Part shown: positions 9,901-15,913 of the stretch, piece by piece | How positions within the stretch are numbered: the first letter of the stretch is position 1 | How the letters are laid out: every line of letters starts with the position of its first letter | Assembly: GCF_035285525.1 (NCBI RefSeq) | Contig: NZ_JAYKGW010000134.1 | Location: 1 to 27,242 of the forward strand | From: Okeania sp. | GTDB lineage: Bacteria; Cyanobacteriota; Cyanobacteriia; Cyanobacteriales; Microcoleaceae | Direction of reading: 5' to 3' | DNA length: 27,242 nucleotides | Notes under the pieces: generated by a model | Database searches by the model: none | Told to the model about the DNA's origin: nothing | Seen by the model: only the letters and a program-made list of their open reading frames with translations | Made by a program: the position numbers and the translations under genes

Positions 9901-12322
9901 TCGTCATTGGCAAGAACATTTGCGAAATAGTTTACCTTCATTCCTCAAATATTATACTCTTGCTTTATCCAGGGGAGATTTTGAATTTGCTGGTTACAAT
10001 CTCTTGTTTCACTATTTTCATGCCTTTTATAGTGGTGAGGAATTAACAGAACTTGTTCAGAAACTTAATGATGCTATTGATACTGTGATTCAAATGAAGC
10101 AAGAAAGTACCGTGAGACGGTTGCAAATGAATCAACAAACTATTCTAAATTTGATTAGCTCGGAAAACCCTGGTGTCTTAGTTGGAGAAGCTTTTAATAA
10201 TACAGAAACACAACCCCAAGATCAAATACTGGTATATCAAAATTTGCACAAACTTTATCTATATTATCTGTTTGGTAACTATCAGGAAGCTCTCAAAATT
10301 TCTCTGGCAACACAACCAAATGTCAATTTAGTTACTTCTCAGTATAGTCAGGTACTTTTATATTTTTATGGTTGCTTGATTTTTCTTGCTCTCTACAATG
10401 ACGCTTCTGAGGAACAACAGCAGCAGTGGTTAGCAGATGTCACCTCTAAACAAGAACAGATGGAAATTTGGGCGCACCATGCTCCCATGAATTATTTACA
10501 TAAATTTTATCTCGTAGAAGCAGAAAAACATCGGGTACTTCATAACTATGTGGAAGCAATAGAACTCTATGAACAAGCGATCGCTCTCGCTACAGAAAGC
10601 AAATATATTCAAGAGGCTGCTCTCGCTAACGAACTCGCAGCGAAATTTTACTTAGAGTGGAACAAAGAAACTATTGCCCAAGCATACCTAATTAAAGCTT
10701 ACTACGCTTATGCTCAGTGGGGAGCATTTACCAAACTTAAACACCTGGAAACTTGCTACGGTGAGTTACTTAAATCCCTGCAACAAGAGCCTAATTTTAT
10801 TTGTAGTTTAACTAATGAAACCGTTACATATACAAGTAGTAATACTTCTTTAGTGCTTGATTTCAGCAGTTTAATTAAAGCTACTCAAGCTATTTCTGGA
10901 GAAATTCAATTAGAGAATTTACTCTCGGTTTTGATGCGAGTTACTTTAGAAAATGCTGGTGCTGAAAAAGGTTATTTAATCCTTCCTCAAGGAGAAAATT
11001 GGGTCATAGAAGCTGAAGCTATTCGTAATAGCAACCTTGAAGAAGAATTGCAACTAACAGCCAAACAATCTCTTCCTCTTGACTCCACAAATAAACTTCC
11101 TAATTCCCTCATTTATTATGTGGCGCGTACTCAACAAACTGTGGTACTTAATGATGCTAATAATGAAACCAAGTTTGCTGCCGATCCTTACATTCAAAAC
11201 TATCAACCTAAAAGTATTTTATGTATTCCTATTATTAATCTTTCTCAATTTATTGGCATACTATATCTAGAAAATAATCTCACAGCAGGAGCTTTTACTA
11301 GCGATCGTTTAGAAGTTTTAAAAGTCCTCACTACTCAAGCTGCTTTCTCTCTAGAAAATGCCAACCTTTATGAAAATTTATCTCTGGCTAAAAATCAACT
11401 TGAAGAATATAGTCATACTTTAGAGGATAAAGTTAAAGAACGCACCGAAGAATTAAACAAAAAAAATATATATTTATCTCAAACTCTCCAGGAACTAAAA
11501 AAGACTCAAGCTCAATTAATTCAAACCGAAAAAATGTCTAGTTTGGGAGTAATGGTAGCAGGAATTGCTCACGAAATTAATAATCCTAACAATTTTATTT
11601 ATGGCAATGTTAAGCACGCCATTGCATACAGCAAAGATTTGCTCAATTTAGTTAATTTGTACCAAGAAGAATATCCTCAACCTACAGCTAAAATAGAAGA
11701 ATTTATAGAAGAATTAGATGTAGAATTTTTAGTTAAAGATTTAGAAAAATTACTAAATTCTATGAAAATTGGGTCGGAAAGGATTAAAGAAATTGTGACA
11801 TCATTACGGAATTTTTCTAGATTAGATGAATCAGATATGAAGCCTGTAAATATCCATGAAGGTCTTGATAGCACTCTCCTAATTTTACAAAATAAACTCA
11901 AATTTCAGAGAGAAAAATCTGAACTTCAAGTAGTCAGAAATTATGGTGATTTACCCTTGGTTAATTGTTATGCTTCCCAGTTAAATCAAGTATTTATGAA
12001 TGTTATTAGTAATGCTATTGATGCTTTGGAAGAGATGAGAAAAAAGAGTAATAAATTAGAAGAACCTACGATTATAATTAGCACAGAAGCAACTAAAAAT
12101 CAGACTGTAAAAATCAAAATTTATGACAATGGTCCTAGTATTAGTCTGGAAAATCAAAATAGGATATTTGACCCATTTTTTACTACTAAACCAGTTGGCG
12201 CTGGTACAGGTTTAGGTTTATCAATTAGTTATTCAATTATTGTAGAAAAACACAATGGTAAATTAACTTGTAATTCTGCACCAGGAGAAGGGGTAGAATT
12301 TGTCATTGAGATTCCATTATAA
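6908..12322 (+). CDS. Multidomain dual kinase: Ser/Thr kinase, AAA_16/STAND NTPase, TPR-like helical region, GAF, histidine kinase (HstK-like), paralogue 2
   Basis: Uninterrupted 1804-aa ORF collinear with paralogue 1. Motifs: HKDIKPSN (7283-7306), Walker A GFSGIGKT (7889-7912), GAF ~10855-11365, H-box AHEINNP (His codon 11570-11572), N-box NVISNAIDA, G1 DNGPSI (12125-12142), F-box FDPFFTTK, G2 GAGTGLGLS. Confidence 0.95.
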   Translation: MIKLPNYHITQQIYTGTTTTVYRGLNTTNQKPVVIKFLNKEYPTFSDLLQFRHQYTITKNLNLPGTVKPISLEKYGNGYAFIMEDIGAVSLKTYLNHQKLSLQSFLELAISIVEILEDLYHHQIIHKDIKPSNIVINPETGDIRLIDFSISTLLPRETQEIVNPNVLEGTLAYISPEQTGRMNRGIDYRSDFYSLGITFYEILANQLPFISNDPLELVYFHIAKEPIPPTDINTEIPEMVNNIILKMMAKNAEERYQNAFGLKHDLETCLKYWQETNNIPLFELGKRDISDRFSIPEKLYGRQTEVQNLLDAFERVAQGESEIMLVAGFSGIGKTAVINEVHKPIVRQRGYFIKGKFDQFQRNIPFNAFVQAFRDLMGELLSETANQLQEWKTKILSVLGENGQVIIEVIPELELIISPQPQVEKLSGSAAENRFNLLFLNLIKVFATQEHPLVIFLDDLQWADTASLRLIQLLMSEKNSQHLLLLGAYRDNEVNPTHPLILTLAEIVKSSAIVNTITLEPLELIFDVNPLVADTLHCHQEIAFPLAELVDQKTKGNPFFVTQFLKALYKEKLITFNYEVSYWECDIAQVKLFSLTDDVVEFMATRLQKLSSETQEVMKLGACIGNKFNLETLAIVSEKSVAETANNLWSALQEGLVLPVTEVYKFYTSEESSFTDFQAIETDANYRFLHDRVQQAAYLLIPEEEKQITHLKIGRLLLENIPENQRQERIFDIVNQLNYGVDLISDSTEREQLAELNLMAGKKAKVSTAYNATVNYLNIGRELLTANSWETNYELTLALYVESAEIRYLIGEYEEMENLAEVVQQQAKILLDKVPVYITKIQAEFAQYQFLEGLDMATKILQDMGLKLFPRTTEEELFSGIQELQSFLGDRSPEDFKQLPEMTNPEKLVLVQILELIGAAAFISGSPLWSSIVFALITLSVEWGNTSASAYGYTCYGIMLWIKGEIGVAYQLSQVTYGVFETYGGDAIKGAVVADIHLRHWQEHLRNSLPSFLKYYTLALSRGDFEFAGYNLLFHYFHAFYSGEELTELVQKLNDAIDTVIQMKQESTVRRLQMNQQTILNLISSENPGVLVGEAFNNTETQPQDQILVYQNLHKLYLYYLFGNYQEALKISLATQPNVNLVTSQYSQVLLYFYGCLIFLALYNDASEEQQQQWLADVTSKQEQMEIWAHHAPMNYLHKFYLVEAEKHRVLHNYVEAIELYEQAIALATESKYIQEAALANELAAKFYLEWNKETIAQAYLIKAYYAYAQWGAFTKLKHLETCYGELLKSLQQEPNFICSLTNETVTYTSSNTSLVLDFSSLIKATQAISGEIQLENLLSVLMRVTLENAGAEKGYLILPQGENWVIEAEAIRNSNLEEELQLTAKQSLPLDSTNKLPNSLIYYVARTQQTVVLNDANNETKFAADPYIQNYQPKSILCIPIINLSQFIGILYLENNLTAGAFTSDRLEVLKVLTTQAAFSLENANLYENLSLAKNQLEEYSHTLEDKVKERTEELNKKNIYLSQTLQELKKTQAQLIQTEKMSSLGVMVAGIAHEINNPNNFIYGNVKHAIAYSKDLLNLVNLYQEEYPQPTAKIEEFIEELDVEFLVKDLEKLLNSMKIGSERIKEIVTSLRNFSRLDESDMKPVNIHEGLDSTLLILQNKLKFQREKSELQVVRNYGDLPLVNCYASQLNQVFMNVISNAIDALEEMRKKSNKLEEPTIIISTEATKNQTVKIKIYDNGPSISLENQNRIFDPFFTTKPVGAGTGLGLSISYSIIVEKHNGKLTCNSAPGEGVEFVIEIPL

Positions 12323-12380
12323 TAATTGTTAGATGAAGGCAGAAAGAAGGCAGAGAGAGGGCAATAGTAGTAGACTGACA

Positions 12381-12577
12381 CATCTAAAATGGTGCAATAT
12401 GTAGGGGCGGGTTTGATCAGAAATTTTCATGCTTACTCTAAGGTTTACATAAACCCGCCCCTGAGACGGTGGCTTATATCACTGGGGGCGGGTCGATCTA
12501 GTAAACCCATGAAAACTCGTTAACTCACTTGCAAAACCCGCCCCTACGGTGTCTTCCTAATGCACCATTCTTAGATG
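12381..12577. repeat. Composite nested palindromic element: outer TIRs enclosing two GGGGCGGG...CCCGCCCC hairpin units related to the 1-404 array
   Basis: Outer IR: CATCTAAAATGGTGCA (12381-12396) against TGCACCATTCTTAGATG (12561-12577), one indel. Inner hairpin 1: GGGGCGGGTTT (12404-12414) with AAACCCGCCCC (12451-12461). Inner hairpin 2: GGGGGCGGGT (12484-12493) with ACCCGCCCC (12537-12545). GTAGGGGCGGG (12401) can also pair with CCCGCCCCTAC (12538-12548). The loop of hairpin 2 (GAAAACTCGTTAACTCACTTG) resembles the reverse complement of the array-unit loop (GAAGACTCGTTAGCTTACTGA). Confidence 0.8.
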
Positions 12578-12750
12578 AAACAGTCCAGTAGGGTGTGTTA
12601 GCGCACAACCCACAACGCACCAATATCCCATATATAGCACCTTTCTTTGCGTAAGTTTTGTATTGATTACTCAGTAAATTAAGAACTTGGAAAAACTAGC
12701 TTTTTATAACCGGATTTGGTATGATAACCGATAACTGATAACTGAAATAA

Positions 12751-12811
12751 CCTATTCCCTATTCCCTATTTCCTTTTCCCTGTTCCCTGTTCCCTGTTCC
12801 CTGTTCCCTAT
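12751..12811 (+). repeat. STRR-type heptamer tract (TTCCCTA/TTCCCTG) ending 5 nt before the cheR-like start codon
   Basis: CCTATTCCCTATTCCCTATTTCCTTTTCCCTGTTCCCTGTTCCCTGTTCCCTGTTCCCTA. It is preceded by ATAACTG-type heptamers at 12724-12745. Confidence 0.9.
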
Positions 12812-12816
12812 CAAGA

Positions 12817-14367
12817 ATGAATCCAACTTTATTACAAAACTTTATTAAATTAATTGCTAACTATACAGGTCTGCATATTCGAGAGCCAGATTATAACAGT
12901 TTTTGCCATAAAATATTGATGCGCATCAGCTCGCTAAAATACTCTTCTCCAGAAGAATATTATCAATTATTAATAAGCCAAGATCAAACAAGTAAAAATG
13001 AATGGGAAAAACTGATAATATTGTTAACCGTAACTGAAACTTATTTCTTTCGAGACCAGGAACAGTTAGGGTTACTTAAAAATGTAATTTTGCCAGAAAT
13101 TATTAAGTTTAAAATAGCATCTAACCAAAAAAAAATAAGTATTTGGAGTGCAGGTTGTTCTACAGGAGAAGAACCTTACTCCTTAGCAATTATAATTCAA
13201 GAATTAATTCCTGGCTGGCAAGAATGGGATATTTTAATTTTAGGAACAGATATTAATAAAGCAGCACTAACTAAGGCAAAACAAGGTATTTATAGTGATT
13301 GGTCGTTTCGTTTATTAGATGAGTGGCTCAAAAGGAAATATTTTTATCAATTTCAGGGAGAATGGCAACTAAATCCAATAGTTAAAAATATGGTCAGTTT
13401 TAGTAATATAAATTTAGTTAAAGATAGTTTTCCTAAGTATATTGATTTGATTTTATGTCGCAATGTTTTTATCTATTTTGAACCTAAGTATACTTCATTA
13501 GTGATGCAAAAATTTTATAATTCTCTCCTCAAGGGAGGGTATCTAATAACAGGTCATGCTGAGTTATTTGGTCAAACAATGAGTAAATTTAGGGTGAAAT
13601 TTTTCCCGAAATCTTTGGTTTATCAGCGCGATGAAGAACAGCTACATGAAAATTATTTAGTTGATACTTCACCCATACTTCCCAAAAAGACGATACCTAT
13701 AACTAAAAGTTTTAAACGTTCATTTCTTAATTCAATATCTGAAAGCAAAGTCTCTACTAATTATAATATTCAGGATAACGATCAAAAACAAATATTATTT
13801 GATTGTAACCAGAAAATTAATCTAAATCACAGAAATGAAACAGCTAGAAAATTAGAACAAAAAAATAGTGATTTGCCACCTAATAAATCGGATAAATTGT
13901 TGTTGGAAGCAGCAGAATTATTTGCAGCTAAAGCTTATACTAATGCGATTAAAAAAGTAGAAAAATTTATGAGTCTAAATCCCCAAAGTTTTAGGGGATA
14001 TAAATTACTAGCTCGATTATATGCCAATGTAGGTAAATATGACCGTGCTATTTTTTATTGTAATCAAGCAATAAAAGTAAATGCTTCTTCATTAGAGCCT
14101 TATTATTTGTTAGTTAATATAGCAGAAGAACAAGGAGATATAGAAGGAGCTAAAATTTTTTTAAAGCGCATAATTTATCTTTACCCACAAGAAGTACCTG
14201 CTTATATAGAACTTGGTTCACTATATGCAGCAGAAAAAAATATAATTCGAGCAAAAAAGATGAAAAATACAGCTTTAGAACTCCTAAAAAATTTACCTGC
14301 TGATGATATGATAGAGTACAGAGGAGGAATTAAAGTTTCTGAATTGATTAAGTATTTGGAAGCATAA
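12817..14367 (+). CDS. cheR: CheR-type protein-glutamate O-methyltransferase with C-terminal TPR domain
   Basis: 516-aa ORF with CheR hallmarks: TETYFFRD, IWSAGCSTGEEPYSLAI (SAM-binding G-rich loop), GTDIN, LILCRNVFIYF. The C-terminal ~170 aa is TPR-like (..AKAYTNAIKKVEKFMSLNPQSFRGYKLLARLYANVGKYDRAIFYCNQAIKVN..). Confidence 0.9.
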   Translation: MNPTLLQNFIKLIANYTGLHIREPDYNSFCHKILMRISSLKYSSPEEYYQLLISQDQTSKNEWEKLIILLTVTETYFFRDQEQLGLLKNVILPEIIKFKIASNQKKISIWSAGCSTGEEPYSLAIIIQELIPGWQEWDILILGTDINKAALTKAKQGIYSDWSFRLLDEWLKRKYFYQFQGEWQLNPIVKNMVSFSNINLVKDSFPKYIDLILCRNVFIYFEPKYTSLVMQKFYNSLLKGGYLITGHAELFGQTMSKFRVKFFPKSLVYQRDEEQLHENYLVDTSPILPKKTIPITKSFKRSFLNSISESKVSTNYNIQDNDQKQILFDCNQKINLNHRNETARKLEQKNSDLPPNKSDKLLLEAAELFAAKAYTNAIKKVEKFMSLNPQSFRGYKLLARLYANVGKYDRAIFYCNQAIKVNASSLEPYYLLVNIAEEQGDIEGAKIFLKRIIYLYPQEVPAYIELGSLYAAEKNIIRAKKMKNTALELLKNLPADDMIEYRGGIKVSELIKYLEA

Positions 14368-14423
14368 ATATCAACCAAAAACTAGGTTTATTACAGCAGA
14401 ATAATTTGCCAAAATACTTTTTT

Positions 14424-14469
14424 CCTATTACCTATTACCTATTACCTATTCCCTGTTTCCTACTCCCTA
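14424..14469 (+). repeat. Heptamer tract (CCTATTA/CCTATTC variants)
   Basis: CCTATTACCTATTACCTATTACCTATTCCCTGTTTCCTACTCCCTA, read directly from the sequence. Confidence 0.85.
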
Positions 14470-14482
14470 AAAAGATGAAAAA

Positions 14483-14602
14483 TATAGCAATTCTAAATAG
14501 TTTGTAAGATTTTATAGTAGGGGTTTGGTCTCCAAACCTACTAAGGGATTTGGAGACCAAACCCCTACAGTTTTTTCGGAAAAATCATTCTTGATTGCTA
14601 TA
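14483..14602 (+). mobile_element. MITE-like 120-bp element (TIR TATAGCAAT / ATTGCTATA) with a central perfect hairpin; family copy 1
   Basis: The termini TATAGCAAT (14483-14491) and ATTGCTATA (14594-14602) are reverse complements. Related copies at 18736-18834 and ~25018-25128 share TATAGCAAT(T/C)CTA(AA)TAG..TTGTAAGATTT..TACAGTTTTTT..AAATCATT. No transposase is encoded. Confidence 0.6.
14517..14576 (+). terminator. Intrinsic-terminator-like hairpin (20-bp perfect stem plus T6) inside the MITE-like element, between cheR and cheW
   Basis: GTAGGGGTTTGGTCTCCAAA (14517-14536) pairs perfectly with TTTGGAGACCAAACCCCTAC (14549-14568). The loop is 12 nt, and AG TTTTTT (14569-14576) follows. Confidence 0.5.
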
Positions 14603-14610
14603 CTTTTTCC

Positions 14611-14650
14611 TCCATACCTATTCCCTCCATACCTATTCCCTCCATACCTA
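14611..14650 (+). repeat. 15-nt tandem repeat (TCCATACCTATTCCC, about 2.7 copies) ending 2 nt before the cheW-like start codon
   Basis: Copies at 14611-14625 and 14626-14640, plus a partial copy at 14641-14650. The ATG is at 14653. Confidence 0.9.
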
Positions 14651-14652
14651 AA

Positions 14653-15738
14653 ATGCAAAATAAATCATATCTGATATTTTCACATAATAACTGTTTTTAT
14701 GGACTAGAAACATTGTCTGTTAAAGAAGTTTTTTTACTGCCAGAAATAACGGCGATCGCGGAAATGCCAGACCCGATTATTGGTATAATTAATCTGAGAG
14801 GAAATGTATTACCTGTAATAGACTTCAATCTGCGTCTGGGGTATCAGCAACAAGAATATTCTTTGACAGATAATCTAGTTGTGATTAACTCAGAATCATC
14901 CACTGTTGGCATCATTGTGAATCAAGTTTATGAAGTCAAAGAAATTCCTACTACAGAAATCAAAATAATTACAGAAATATATAGTCAAGAAAGCCAGGAA
15001 AATCATAAATTAAATTTAGTTGCAGGTATAGCCAAATTAGAAGAAAAATTAATTACTTTATTATCTACTAAAAATCTGATTAGATACACAGAAAAACTAG
15101 CTGATTTTTCTATACATGACTGGAATAATACAGATGATTTAGTCAAAGAAAATTATTTAGAAAAACCTCAACATCAAGAATATTCCAAATTAATATTTTG
15201 CCCCAATGCTACTCCACAAGAAAGAACTATTTTTCAAGAGCGAGCCAAAAATTTGAGAGAAACTCAAAGTGAAGATTTTAGTAACTTAATTCCTCTAGCA
15301 GTAATTGGTTTAAATGAAGAATATTTTGCTATGAATTTAGCAGTAGTAAAAGAGTTTACTAATATTAATAAAGTTACTCCTATTCCTTGTACTCCCAAAC
15401 ATATTTTTGGCAATATAAATTTACGGGGTGAAATTGTTACTTTGTTGGATATTCGAGGTGTTTTAAATATGCAGACTCAGACAACAACAACCCAAAAAAA
15501 TCAAGCCTTAATATTTGACTTAGATGATTTAGTTGCTGGTATTATAGTAGATGAAATATTTGATGTTATTTATCTCAATCCTTTAGATATTAAGTCGATT
15601 CCTGCTATGATTAATCATTCTCAAGCTCACAGTGAGTATTTATTAGGAACTGCTATTTATCGAGAAAAGATGATGAGCATCATCAATTTTCATAAAATTA
15701 TTACCAATAAAGAATTAATTGTGGAAGAAGAAATTTAA
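14653..15738 (+). CDS. cheW: Tandem two-domain CheW-like coupling protein
   Basis: 361-aa ORF with two CheW-like modules (~aa 3-150 and ~205-355). Each carries the ..V.E....I..P.....GIINLRG.V.PV/LLDxR..L pattern (IIGIINLRGNVLPVIDFNLRLG; IFGNINLRGEIVTLLDIRGVLN). Confidence 0.85.
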   Translation: MQNKSYLIFSHNNCFYGLETLSVKEVFLLPEITAIAEMPDPIIGIINLRGNVLPVIDFNLRLGYQQQEYSLTDNLVVINSESSTVGIIVNQVYEVKEIPTTEIKIITEIYSQESQENHKLNLVAGIAKLEEKLITLLSTKNLIRYTEKLADFSIHDWNNTDDLVKENYLEKPQHQEYSKLIFCPNATPQERTIFQERAKNLRETQSEDFSNLIPLAVIGLNEEYFAMNLAVVKEFTNINKVTPIPCTPKHIFGNINLRGEIVTLLDIRGVLNMQTQTTTTQKNQALIFDLDDLVAGIIVDEIFDVIYLNPLDIKSIPAMINHSQAHSEYLLGTAIYREKMMSIINFHKIITNKELIVEEEI

Positions 15739-15750
15739 ACTCATTTTTAG

Positions 15751-15800
15751 GGAGTAGGGAACAGGGAACAGTTATCAGTTTTTTCAGGGAACAGGGAACC
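15751..15800 (-). repeat. Heptamer tract in the opposite orientation (GGGAACA = complement of TGTTCCC) mixed with CAGTTAT
   Basis: GGAGTAGGGAACAGGGAACAGTTATCAGTTTTTTCAGGGAACAGGGAACC, read directly from the sequence. Confidence 0.85.
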
Positions 15801-15862
15801 AGAAATTAACAGAGTATCTAATTAGGATTTGCGCTTCTTCAGTCTTTTTGTCAAGACAGAGA

Positions 15863-15890
15863 GTAGGGAGGTTCCACGGAACTTCCCTAC
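15863..15890. terminator. 13-bp hairpin between convergent cheW and tRNA genes (possible bidirectional terminator)
   Basis: GTAGGGAGGTTCC-AC-GGAACTTCCCTAC (one G-T wobble), followed on the + strand by the T-rich AGAATATTTATTTTAT. It belongs to the GTAGGG...CCCTAC(AG) hairpin type seen elsewhere in the window. Confidence 0.4.
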
Positions 15891-15913
15891 AGAATATTTA
15901 TTTTATAATTTAG

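Noticed and set aside
12333-12360. Purine-rich GAAGGCA-type short repeats after the stop codons of kinase 2 (12333-12360) and the CBS gene (18647-18690), and the CTTCTTC repeats at 1043-1065
   Set aside because: These are short, degenerate, low-complexity tracts. They are probably further STRR-like simple repeats, and nothing beyond their presence can be supported.
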